Below are positions 29,511 to 38,621 of a stretch of DNA of 64,000 nt, in pieces. The stretch's first letter is position 1, and every line of letters begins with the position of its first letter. Under the pieces are notes generated by a model. It did not search any database, was not told the DNA's origin, and worked only from the letters and a program-made list of their open reading frames with translations. Source of the DNA: Pseudomonadota bacterium (lineage in GTDB: Bacteria > Bdellovibrionota_B > Oligoflexia > Oligoflexales > CAIYRB01); contig JANOTL010000031.1 of assembly GCA_031416315.1 (NCBI GenBank), forward strand, positions 1 to 64,000, written 5' to 3'. Both the position numbers and the translations under genes were made by a program.

Positions 29511-30380
29511 CTAGACGATTCTGATCCGTCTCGGCCGCCCCTCGACCCCAGGCTCCAGCTCGACCCGGTACTTCGCCCGCCCCTCGACGGCCAAGCTCGG
29601 CTCGCCCGCCAAGGAAATTTCTTGCCCCGGCCGCAGCGCGAGGATGTCGCGCAGCGACAGCTCGGTCGCGCCGAGCTCCGCGGCAATCTCTACGAAAGCG
29701 CTGCTCAAGGCGCGCGTCAAGGCTTCCCGCGAAGCGGCGCCAGGCCCTGCGTTCTGCTCCGCCTCGGCACGGCGCTTTTTCTCCTCCGACAAGATCGCGA
29801 GACACGCAGCCGGAAAGATCAGATCGACCACGCCGCTCGCGGCGCCGTCCTCCAGTCGAAAGCGGCTCCGGACGACGCGGTCTTCGTCGCGGACGATCGG
29901 CGCCATATCGATCCCGACCTCGTGGCGCGTCAGTTTTAGGGCCAGCGGCTCGCCGTCGAAAAGGCCGGTCTCCATGACGTCGAGGGCGCCCTGCGCCAAA
30001 CGGCGAAGGAGCGCCGCGCCTAGGCCGCGGGGAGCATCCTCGTACGCTCGCGGGTGCGTTTTCGGCGCGACGCCGCCTCCGTGCATCAGCTGGATCAAGA
30101 GCTCGGAGGCCCTTGGGCTGAAGACCATGAGGCCCGGAGCATGAAGCGTCTGCGAGCGGAAGACGAAAACCATCCTCGGCCCGCCGAGAGCGGCGGCGAA
30201 GGCGCCGAATTGGTCCTCGTGCGCGCCTTCGCTCTCGATGACGATGCGGCGCATCGCGAGCCCGGCCAGAGCTTTGGCCCAGAAAGCCGCGAAACGGCGC
30301 CACTCGTCGCGGAACGGATCGTGGCCGCCGCGGCCTCGGCCGCGGCCGTCGTAGCGGCGTGTTTGGGAACGATGGCTCAC
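29511..30380 (-). CDS. FliM-like protein with C-terminal SpoA domain
   Basis: VEIAAELG..ELSLRDILALRPG, QLMHGG, VDLIFP; start uncertain. Confidence 0.65.
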   Translation of the reverse strand: MSHRSQTRRYDGRGRGRGGHDPFRDEWRRFAAFWAKALAGLAMRRIVIESEGAHEDQFGAFAAALGGPRMVFVFRSQTLHAPGLMVFSPRASELLIQLMHGGGVAPKTHPRAYEDAPRGLGAALLRRLAQGALDVMETGLFDGEPLALKLTRHEVGIDMAPIVRDEDRVVRSRFRLEDGAASGVVDLIFPAACLAILSEEKKRRAEAEQNAGPGAASREALTRALSSAFVEIAAELGATELSLRDILALRPGQEISLAGEPSLAVEGRAKYRVELEPGVEGRPRRIRIV

Positions 30381-30459
30381 GCCGTCTTTTCGGCATGGAC
30401 CATGCGCGCCTTGTGGCGCGCGCCGCGCCGGCCATCCCCGGGAAACTCGGGCCGTACGC

Positions 30460-30485
30460 AAAAACCCCGGCTTTCGCCGGGGTTT
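30460..30485 (-). terminator. Intrinsic terminator
   Basis: Minus strand AAACCCCGGC-GAAA-GCCGGGGTTTTT directly after the 30494 stop. Confidence 0.85.
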
Positions 30486-30493
30486 GTCGATGC

Positions 30494-31993
30494 TTACTCG
30501 AGGCCGTTCCAGTTCATCTCGTCCGGGCCGATGCCTTCGACCTCGTCGAGCTCTTCATTGGCTTCCTGCGTCCACGCTTTCATCATCTTCTCTTCGTCCT
30601 TGGCGCGGACGCGGGCTTGTTTGTTGCGGGCGGCGCGGTCTTTGGCTTCTGCTTTCTCGGCAATCTTGTCGGCCTTGCGCTTCGCGGCGCGGACGTCGGC
30701 GAGCTCTTTCTCGATCTTCGCGTCTTCGGACTCGACCTTGGCGTTCTTCGCGTTCTCTTGCATCTGCTGGTCGACGTCGGCAAAGTCGCCGCTCTTGTCG
30801 TCTTTCAGCGCTTCGAGCGGGTCGATCTCGGCGCCGATCATCTCGGGATACTCTTCGTAGGTGCTCTTCTCTTTCGCTTGCGCGGTGTGGTCGAGCTTGG
30901 CTTTGCCACCGGCTTCGCCTTCTTCGATCTCCTTGGCGATCGAGTGGCGGCCGCGGGCGGCGCGGACGTCGCCGAGCTCCATAGCGAACGAGAGGCCGAA
31001 GGCGCGGGCGCCGTAGCCGAAGCCCGTCGCGTCTTTCAGGCGCGCGCCGTAGAAAGCGGTGAGCTCGGCGTCGCCGAGCCTGGCACGGAAGCCGAACTTG
31101 CCTTCGGCCGCTTCCTGCGAGCGGTAGACGGGCTTGCCGGTCGCCGAGTCGAGCTCGCCGGCTTGCGCGAGGTTCAGCTTGCGGCCTTCGCCGCCGATGA
31201 ACAGGGCGAACTCGCGGGACAGCTCGGCTTCGACCAGAGCTTTGTAGAAGAGCTCGTTGCGGAGCATGACGCTGCCGACTTGCTCGGGATCGCGGTAGCG
31301 GTAGCCAGCGTTGAGGTCGACGCGGCCGACGCCGATGGCGCCGTAGCTCATGAGTGCGGCGAAGCCGGCTTTCGGGCCGACCGAGCGGGTCAAGGCGTAG
31401 CTGGCGCGCTCGCCGGCGCCGGATTCGACGAAGGGGGCGAAGGCGAGTTGGAAGCCTTGAGCGTCGAGGAGGCGGAGTTTCGCCATCAGGGAGGCGCCGG
31501 CAAAGGCCGACTGGCGGGGCCCGATGTCCGACTTCGAGCCGCCTTCGGCGATTCTCGCTTCTTCGGCCGCGAGCTCAGGGCTGATCGCGTGACGGTCGCC
31601 TTCGGCGACGTTCTCGTAGGTGCCGTGCAAGCCGAGCGAGAGCTCGACCCAACGCGTCGGCGAGGCGCCGAGAAAGAGCGAGGCGCGATGCGCGTCGCGC
31701 AGCAAGCCTTGATCTTGCGCCTTGGCGCTTTTGCCGGCGCCGAGAGCTTCTTGATTGTCGATGACGGCTTCCGCACCGCTCAGGCCGAGCGACAGGCGCA
31801 GGGCGCCCGGATCGGCGGTGCGTGCGGCGGAGACGCCGGCCGTGGCCCGTGCGTCGAGCGCGCCGAGCGTCGTAGCATCGCCGGCGATCGCGACATCGCC
31901 GATGGCGAAGACGATCGCGGCAGCGACGAGTCCGAGTTGGAAGTGTTGGCGACGCGACATGGACGAGAGGATGGCAAGGACGGAGGGCAACAT
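30494..31993 (-). CDS. Outer-membrane beta-barrel protein with charged helical C-terminus
   Basis: Signal peptide, DLNAGYRYR-type strands, Glu/Lys-rich tail. Confidence 0.75.
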   Translation of the reverse strand: MLPSVLAILSSMSRRQHFQLGLVAAAIVFAIGDVAIAGDATTLGALDARATAGVSAARTADPGALRLSLGLSGAEAVIDNQEALGAGKSAKAQDQGLLRDAHRASLFLGASPTRWVELSLGLHGTYENVAEGDRHAISPELAAEEARIAEGGSKSDIGPRQSAFAGASLMAKLRLLDAQGFQLAFAPFVESGAGERASYALTRSVGPKAGFAALMSYGAIGVGRVDLNAGYRYRDPEQVGSVMLRNELFYKALVEAELSREFALFIGGEGRKLNLAQAGELDSATGKPVYRSQEAAEGKFGFRARLGDAELTAFYGARLKDATGFGYGARAFGLSFAMELGDVRAARGRHSIAKEIEEGEAGGKAKLDHTAQAKEKSTYEEYPEMIGAEIDPLEALKDDKSGDFADVDQQMQENAKNAKVESEDAKIEKELADVRAAKRKADKIAEKAEAKDRAARNKQARVRAKDEEKMMKAWTQEANEELDEVEGIGPDEMNWNGLE

Positions 31994-32218
31994 GGAGGAT
32001 CCTTTCCCGCAAGCAGCATGGGAGCAGCAGCAGCAGCGACAGGGGCAGTGGCGGCGGGCAATGCGCTCGACGTCCGGGCGGCCCTGTGCAATCCGTGAGC
32101 CACGCCGGGTGTCGGAAAACTTAGGCTTCCATTTCGCGAACTTCCGCCCGCGACGGCCACGGGGCGACTGTCCAAAACTTGGACGGTCGCCCCGAAAAGC
32201 TCGTGCCGAAGCCGGAGT

Positions 32219-33847
32219 TCAGCCGTCTTTGTAGGTCTCGAGGAAGCGCGCGAGCGCCTGCACGCACTGGCCGTTGCCGCCCGGCTCGCCTAAGCCGCCG
32301 ATGCCGGGACCCTCGGCCCAGCCGTACATGTCGATGTGCACCCAAGGAACTTGGCCGACGAATCGGGCCAGGAAGAGCGCCGCAGTGATGGCGCCGCCGA
32401 AACGGCCAGGGCCGGAGTTGGCCACGTCGGCGACGACCGACTTCAGGCCGACGGCGTAATCGGTCCAAAGGGGCATGCGCCACATCGGATCGCCACGGAG
32501 CTGGCCGGCACGCAGAAGCGCGTCGGCGAGCTTGTCGTCGGTGGCGAACATGCCCGCAAGGCGCGTCCCGAGCCCGACGCGCATCGCGCCAGTGAGAGTC
32601 GCGAGGTCAAAGAGCACCGCCGGCGCGTCTTTACCCTTTTGCGAGATCGCGACGTCGAACGCATCGGCAAGGACGAGGCGGCCTTCCGCGTCGGTGTTGT
32701 CGATCTCGACGGTCTGGCCATTGCGCGCGCGGAGGATGTCCCCGGGGTGGAAGGCGTGCCGGTCGACGGCATTTTCGGCGAGCGCGAGATAGAAGTCGCA
32801 GTCGACGTCCAGCTCGCTCTGCTCGGCCCAATAGGCCAAGCCGAGGACGGACGCCGAGCCGCCCATGTCTTTTTTCATCAGGCGCATCGAGCCCGCGTCC
32901 TTGATGTCCAGGCCGCCGGTGTCGAAGGTGATGCCCTTGCCGACGAAGGCGAGCGGCTGCTTCGAGCGCGTCTTGCCCTTCGGACGATAGCGCATGTGCA
33001 CGAGGCGAGGGCCTTCGGCCGCGCCTTTGCCGACGCCGTGCAGGAGGCCCATGCCTTCCTTCTCGACCCGCTTCGGATCCCAGATCTCGACCGTCATCGT
33101 GGTCGAGCCGGCGAAGAGGTCTTTCGCGGCGGCAGCATATCGCGCCGGATCGAGATCGGCGGGCGGCAGATTGACCAGGTGGCGCGCGAGGTTGGTCGCG
33201 GACGCGAGGTGCTGCGCCGCGGCGAGCTGCGGCATCGAGGCGCCGTCGAGGACAAGGGAGGGGCGCGCTTGGCCAGCAACGATGCCGGGACGCAGAGTGC
33301 GGAAGCGGTAAAATCCAAGCTCGAGGCCCACTAGGGTGCCGAGGATTTCGTCGTCGGAGGCACGTAGGAAGCTCACAGAGAGCTCCGAGACGGCGTTCTC
33401 GAGCGCGGGGCCGGCGACGGCCCCTGCGAGGTCGCGAAGGAGCGTGTACGGGCTGAGCTCCAAGAGACCGTGGTGGCCGCCGTTCGGCCGCGCGACCGGA
33501 GCCAAGACCCAAACCGGACCCTCGCGACCGAGCAAGCTGAAGACCTCGCCGCGCTTCTTCAGGAAGCGCTCGCGCTGCCAGCCGTCGAGGTCGACGCCGG
33601 CCTTCGTGAGAAGGCTTAAGGTCTCGACGCTCCTTTCGCCGTCGGTCAGGCCGACGCCGACGACCACGAGGCGCGCACGAGGCCCGGAGGCGCCGCTCTT
33701 CTTTCCTTTCGCGCCGGCGCCCGCGCTGCCGAGGACGAGCCCACCCAGGGGCAACCCGAAGATGCTCGTCGCCTCCGAAGGCTTGCCGGCCGGCGTTTTC
33801 GGCCCGGCCTTCCCTTGCTCCGCTCCACGTCCGCGCTTATCCGCCAT
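32219..33847 (-). CDS. Leucyl aminopeptidase (M17)
   Basis: VGKGITFDTGG, MKKDMGG, NTDAEGRL, ATLTGA. Confidence 0.96.
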   Translation of the reverse strand: MADKRGRGAEQGKAGPKTPAGKPSEATSIFGLPLGGLVLGSAGAGAKGKKSGASGPRARLVVVGVGLTDGERSVETLSLLTKAGVDLDGWQRERFLKKRGEVFSLLGREGPVWVLAPVARPNGGHHGLLELSPYTLLRDLAGAVAGPALENAVSELSVSFLRASDDEILGTLVGLELGFYRFRTLRPGIVAGQARPSLVLDGASMPQLAAAQHLASATNLARHLVNLPPADLDPARYAAAAKDLFAGSTTMTVEIWDPKRVEKEGMGLLHGVGKGAAEGPRLVHMRYRPKGKTRSKQPLAFVGKGITFDTGGLDIKDAGSMRLMKKDMGGSASVLGLAYWAEQSELDVDCDFYLALAENAVDRHAFHPGDILRARNGQTVEIDNTDAEGRLVLADAFDVAISQKGKDAPAVLFDLATLTGAMRVGLGTRLAGMFATDDKLADALLRAGQLRGDPMWRMPLWTDYAVGLKSVVADVANSGPGRFGGAITAALFLARFVGQVPWVHIDMYGWAEGPGIGGLGEPGGNGQCVQALARFLETYKDG

Positions 33848-33981
33848 CTCTCGCTGGCCTCCCAAAGTCCCCTCACCATAGCGGACGGACGCTGGAAAAA
33901 CAGCTTCACTTTCGGAAGCTTGACAGCCAATCTAGGCTATGCGAAGAGTTTCTGCCCGCGTCCGGAGGCCAAAGCTACAGT

Positions 33982-34263
33982 ATGCCCAAGGTCCATATCG
34001 TCACCGACAACAAGACCATCGACGTGCCCGACGGCTACGCCATGATCGATATGTGCGAGCAATACGACACTTCGATCCTATTCGGCTGTCGTGATGGCGC
34101 CTGCGGCGCATGCATGATCCGCGTTCTCGAAGGCGCAGACCACTTCAGCGCCATGCAGGACGACGAGCGGGACTTCCTCGAGACGATGGCGGCGGAGCCG
34201 AACGAGCGCCTCGCCTGTCAGTGCAAGGTGAAGGGCGATGTCAAAATCGAGGTCTCGGACTAA
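33982..34263 (+). CDS. 2Fe-2S ferredoxin
   Basis: CRDGACGAC...RLACQC. Confidence 0.93.
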   Translation: MPKVHIVTDNKTIDVPDGYAMIDMCEQYDTSILFGCRDGACGACMIRVLEGADHFSAMQDDERDFLETMAAEPNERLACQCKVKGDVKIEVSD

Positions 34264-34954
34264 GGCGAGCGCGCCTTCGGTCTCGACCCTGATGCAGCGT
34301 TTCGCGGCGGACAATCCGGACCCGCGTTGCGAACTCTACTATGCGACGCCGTACCAGCTCCTCGTCTCCGTCGTGCTGTCCGCACAGGCAACCGACAAGA
34401 GCGTGAACAAGGCGATGCAGCCCGTCTATGACGAAGGCTTTACGCCGGAGGTGGCGATCTCCTGGGGCGAAGCCGGGATTTTGCGACGCATCCGCTCGAT
34501 CGGGCTGGCTCCGACGAAGGCTAAGAACGTCGCCAAGCTCTCCCGCATTCTCCTCGACGACTTCGCGGGCGAGGTGCCCCACGACCGCACGGCGCTCGAG
34601 TCTCTGCCCGGTGTTGGCCGCAAGACGGCGAACGTGATCCTCGCCGAGATCTGGCGCGAGCCGACGCTGGCGGTCGACACTCACGTCTTCCGCGTCGGCG
34701 CGCGCCTCGGCCTTCATGCTGAGAAGACGGCCGAGAAAGCCGAAACGGCCTTGCTGAAGAAGATCGACACCCGCTATCTGCCGCAGGCGCACCACTGGCT
34801 GATCCTACACGGGCGCTACGTCTGCAAGGCGCAGAGCCCAGCCTGCGGCGCGTGCATCGTCTCCGACCTCTGCCCGAAGGTCGGCGTCAGCGCACATGCC
34901 ACGGCGGCTCCGGCGCCGCGAGCCCCTCGACTCCGAGCGCGCGCAAAGCCTTGA
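34238..34954 (+). CDS. nth: Endonuclease III
   Basis: LSAQATD, LPGVGRKTANV, VDTHVFR, Cx6Cx2Cx5C cluster motif. Confidence 0.95.
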   Translation: MSKSRSRTKASAPSVSTLMQRFAADNPDPRCELYYATPYQLLVSVVLSAQATDKSVNKAMQPVYDEGFTPEVAISWGEAGILRRIRSIGLAPTKAKNVAKLSRILLDDFAGEVPHDRTALESLPGVGRKTANVILAEIWREPTLAVDTHVFRVGARLGLHAEKTAEKAETALLKKIDTRYLPQAHHWLILHGRYVCKAQSPACGACIVSDLCPKVGVSAHATAAPAPRAPRLRARAKP

Positions 34955-35525
34955 GCAAAGGCTGCAGCGGCAAGCCGACAATCGAGGACCAGTCGCTGTC
35001 GACGCCGTCGAAAAGTTGGATGCCGCGGTTCTCGAACTGGTAGCAACCGACGGCGCCGCGCCATTCACCGAACCGCACATAAGCGGCGATCTCGGCGTCC
35101 GATAAAGCGCGCATCGTCATCGGAACGTCGACGACGAAAGCGGCCCGTTCAAGGACGGCGGCTTCGGCCGCCAGGCTCAAAGTCACGGCCGAATGCAGGT
35201 AGTGGGTCTTGCCGGCCAGCTGACGGAGGCGGGCCGTGGCCTCAGCCTCGGTTTTCGCCTTATCGAAGGTCCCGCCCTCGAAGCTGAGGACCTGGTCGGC
35301 GCCGATGACGAGGGCGCCACCGCCCCCTTGCCGCAGGCGCTGGCGGGCGACCGCAGCGCCTTTGAGGCGGGCTCGGCCGAGAGCTAAGGCCCGTGGATCC
35401 GCGTTCTGGACCGTGGCCTCGTCGACCGGCGCTACCTCGACGGCGAAGGCCAGACCCGTCGAGGCCAGCAAAGCCTTGCGAAACGGCGACTGGGAGGCGA
35501 GCACGAGTTGCGCGACGGTGGGCAC
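34887..35525 (-). CDS. maf: Maf family nucleotide pyrophosphatase
   Basis: LVLASQSPFR..LL, IGADQV, IVGLPL. Confidence 0.92.
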   Translation of the reverse strand: MPTVAQLVLASQSPFRKALLASTGLAFAVEVAPVDEATVQNADPRALALGRARLKGAAVARQRLRQGGGGALVIGADQVLSFEGGTFDKAKTEAEATARLRQLAGKTHYLHSAVTLSLAAEAAVLERAAFVVDVPMTMRALSDAEIAAYVRFGEWRGAVGCYQFENRGIQLFDGVDSDWSSIVGLPLQPLLKALRALGVEGLAAPEPPWHVR

Positions 35526-35566
35526 GAGGCTATGTCTCTTGCAGTATCAGGACTGGAGTGGACGGC

Positions 35567-36775
35567 GTGGACTTTCCGACGAATGAGGCCCAGGCGCAAG
35601 GCGAGATCGCGGCGGCGCCGGAGTTTCGACGCTTCATCACGGACCCCGACTCCCTGACGGCGCGCACCGCCCGCAAGATCGGCGTCGAGCCGGAGCTTTT
35701 TGCCAATTGGCGCTGGCAGATGCGCCATCAAGTGGCGACCGCCGCCGAGGCGGCGCGCTACGTCGTGCCGGCGAAGACCGAGGTCGAGGGCTTCGCCGAG
35801 CTGAACGAGCTCTTCGTCGCCGGCGTGACCCCGTATTACATGGCGCTCATGAATCCCGATCCGAGCGTGAGCTGCCCAGTGCGCCTGCAGGCCCTCCCGC
35901 GGCGCGAAGAGCTCGAGGATGCGCGCGGGGTCAAGGATCCGCTCGACGAAGTGTCGCACTCCCCCGTCCGCGAGGTCGTGCAGGTCTATCCGGACCGGGT
36001 GGCATTCTGCGTCGCGCAGCTTTGCCCGGTCTACTGTCGCTACTGCTTCCGCAAGCGCCGCGACGACGAGCAGGGCCTCCATTTCAATCGGAAGATCGTC
36101 GACCGCGGCGTCGAGTACATCGCGTCGAACCCGGCGATCCGCGACGTGCTCATCACCGGCGGCGACCCGTTCGTGGCCTCCGATGCCGCAATCGAAGGCC
36201 TTTTGGAGAGGCTCAGCGCCATCCCGCACGTCGAGATCGTCCGCTTCGGCACGCGCACGCCGGTCACCCTGCCGTACCGCGTGACGAAGAAGCTCGCCGC
36301 CATCCTCGCGCGCTTTCACCCGATTTGGGTGAACACGCATTTCAATTGCCTCGAGGAGGTCACGCCGGAGGCCGCGCAGGCGGTCGCCAACCTCGTCGAC
36401 GCCGGGATTCCGGTCGGCAATCAGTCGGTGCTCTTGAAGGGCGTCAACGACACGCCCGAGCGGATGCTGCCTTTTTTGCGAGCGTTGCTGCGCATCCGTG
36501 TTCGACCTTACTACCTCTTCCATCCCCATCGGATCGAGGGAACCGACCATCTGCGCGTCCCGGTCGATCAGGGCTTGAAGCTCATGCGTGCCCTTCGGGG
36601 CAACATCACCGGCATGGGCATTCCCACCTACATTGTCGACACGCCGTCCGGCAAGGTGCCGTTGATGCCCAATCATGTGTTGGGTACGGACGGTGAGGAT
36701 CTGTTGCTCGAGGACGTCCGCGGAGGAATCTTCCGCGAGAAAGCGGCGTTGCAAAGGAGCACCGTCCTAACGTAA
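35567..36775 (+). CDS. KamA family radical SAM aminomutase
   Basis: W.WQ, CPVYCRYCFR, LITGGDP, NQSVLLKGVND, PLP lysine in SGKVP. Confidence 0.92.
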   Translation: MDFPTNEAQAQGEIAAAPEFRRFITDPDSLTARTARKIGVEPELFANWRWQMRHQVATAAEAARYVVPAKTEVEGFAELNELFVAGVTPYYMALMNPDPSVSCPVRLQALPRREELEDARGVKDPLDEVSHSPVREVVQVYPDRVAFCVAQLCPVYCRYCFRKRRDDEQGLHFNRKIVDRGVEYIASNPAIRDVLITGGDPFVASDAAIEGLLERLSAIPHVEIVRFGTRTPVTLPYRVTKKLAAILARFHPIWVNTHFNCLEEVTPEAAQAVANLVDAGIPVGNQSVLLKGVNDTPERMLPFLRALLRIRVRPYYLFHPHRIEGTDHLRVPVDQGLKLMRALRGNITGMGIPTYIVDTPSGKVPLMPNHVLGTDGEDLLLEDVRGGIFREKAALQRSTVLT

Positions 36776-36823
36776 CGTCGCCTCCGTAAAACGTGTTTAG
36801 TCGTCAGCGAGGCCGATAGCGCC

Positions 36824-37660
36824 GTGGAATTTCGAGACGTCCCGCGATTCATGAACGCTCTGATCGCCGATCTGCAGTCGGCGGCCTGGGATCGTGACGT
36901 CAAATTGGTGCTCGACGCCAGCACTGAGCTCGTTGCCCGCTTCGACGCGAACCTCTTGCAGCGGGGCATGAGCTCTCTGCTCGCCGAGCTCATTCGCACG
37001 GCGCCGCGCGACGGCACGATCACGGTCGTGACGGCGTTCGAAGCGCGTGCCGCGTCGGACGACGGCCCGTCCGAAGACGACGCGCTGGACCAGGTGACGA
37101 TCGAGATCATCGGCGCCTCGCCGCTCGGCGCGGAAAACCCGGCGGTCCAGCAGTTCCTGAACGCTGTCTCGTGCTGCCTCGGCACCGCGAGCCTGGAGTC
37201 CGCGGCCGATTCCCAAGGCGCGGGCACGTTCACGGCGCGTCTCGTCGGCAGGCGCGCGACGGCACCGGGCATCGCGCAACGCACGGCAGTCGTGGTCGAC
37301 GACGACGTCGACATGCAGGATTTCCTCGGCGCTGTGCTGCGGCGTCTGGGTTTCACCGTCGTCGCGGTGAACGACGGCTTCGATGCCTTGATCGTGCTCG
37401 AGCGGGTCAGCCCGGCGGTGATCCTCACCGACGTGATGATGCCGAACATGAACGGCATCGACCTGGTGAATCGCATCAAACAGGTGCGCGCCGACCTCCC
37501 GATCATCGTCTTCAGCGGCTATCACGAGACCTTGGGCCAAAAGGTGAAGGATCGTGCGCTCTGCGCCGATTACATCCTGCCAAAGCCAATGTCTTCGAAA
37601 GAGGTCGCCACCGCGCTCGCGACGGTCTTAAAGGATCCGACGATCGGCCAAGGCAACTAG
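36824..37660 (+). CDS. Receiver-domain protein with degenerate HATPase-like N-terminus
   Basis: VVDDD, LTDVMMPNMNG, FSG, LPKP; N-terminal SQGAGTF resembles a G2 box. Confidence 0.85.
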   Translation: MEFRDVPRFMNALIADLQSAAWDRDVKLVLDASTELVARFDANLLQRGMSSLLAELIRTAPRDGTITVVTAFEARAASDDGPSEDDALDQVTIEIIGASPLGAENPAVQQFLNAVSCCLGTASLESAADSQGAGTFTARLVGRRATAPGIAQRTAVVVDDDVDMQDFLGAVLRRLGFTVVAVNDGFDALIVLERVSPAVILTDVMMPNMNGIDLVNRIKQVRADLPIIVFSGYHETLGQKVKDRALCADYILPKPMSSKEVATALATVLKDPTIGQGN

Positions 37661-37823
37661 GCCGGGCGTCTACGGATTCGACAGCGCGGGGCTTCGAGCG
37701 TCCAAGCTTTCGTCGGCGCCCCCGTCGCGACTGGCGTTTCCGACCGATTCTTCGGCGGAGCGATCTTTGCAGCGGGAGAGTCACACGAACGAGTCCGCGC
37801 ACCCTTCACCTAGAGAACACCGC

Positions 37824-38474
37824 ATGCGTCACGTCGCCCTCGCCCTCGGCCTCGCCCTCTGCGCGCAAGGCTGCTCCGACAACGACTTCGCCTCGGATGG
37901 CCAAAAGCGCGCGGCCGATGCCGTGCGGGCAGACGGTCGCGGCGGCAAGGGCGACTCGGTGCCCGCTCTCGGCAACGGCAAAGACCTCTCCAAGCCGCAG
38001 TCGAGCGAGGGCCCGTCAAAGCCCGGTCGCGACGACGAGGGTCTCCAAGGCCCGAGCCCCGACGACGTCGCCATCGGCAAGTGCCTGGAAAAGTGGGGCG
38101 CGGCGAGCCCCTTCGCCGCGGACGCGGGCTATCGGAAGATCCACGCCTCGGTTCAGGTCTTGGGCAAAGGCAAGGGCATCGTCGACGACGTCAGGACCGA
38201 GAAGCCCGAGCTGGTGCTGATCACCGCGGCCGTCTCGGTCCTCGGCAAGACCTCGTACGAGCTCCTCAATCCGAACGGCTGGTACTGCATGAAGGTCGAC
38301 GTCAACGTCCTGACCGACGTCACGGTGAAGCTCGAGTGCGGCGCGCGTATGGCCGACAACCAGATCGACGTCGGCGTCCTCTCCAACTCGCAGCCGGTCG
38401 GCGGCGTCGGCGTGCACGTCCTCTCCGACGTGAAGATCGAGCGCCAAAAGCCGAGCGGCGCGGCCTGCGAATGA
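37824..38474 (+). CDS. Hypothetical lipoprotein
   Basis: Lipobox-like AQGC; repeated VxVL(G/S/T) beta motifs. Confidence 0.8.
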   Translation: MRHVALALGLALCAQGCSDNDFASDGQKRAADAVRADGRGGKGDSVPALGNGKDLSKPQSSEGPSKPGRDDEGLQGPSPDDVAIGKCLEKWGAASPFAADAGYRKIHASVQVLGKGKGIVDDVRTEKPELVLITAAVSVLGKTSYELLNPNGWYCMKVDVNVLTDVTVKLECGARMADNQIDVGVLSNSQPVGGVGVHVLSDVKIERQKPSGAACE

Positions 38475-38596
38475 AGGCCGTGATCGTCCCCCAGCTTCTC
38501 GTCTTGGCGCTTTGCGCCTTAGCTCTGGCGCGCTGCGGCGCGCCGGAGACGCAGCTCCGTGACCGGGCCCTTGTGCCGGCGCGCCTGGCCAAATAA
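38471..38596 (+). CDS. Possible small lipoprotein (41 aa)
   Basis: ATGA coupling; MKAVIVPQLLVLALCALALARC. Confidence 0.4.
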   Translation: MKAVIVPQLLVLALCALALARCGAPETQLRDRALVPARLAK

Positions 38597-38621
38597 GCTT
38601 GAGCCCTCTGGAGGGCTCAAT

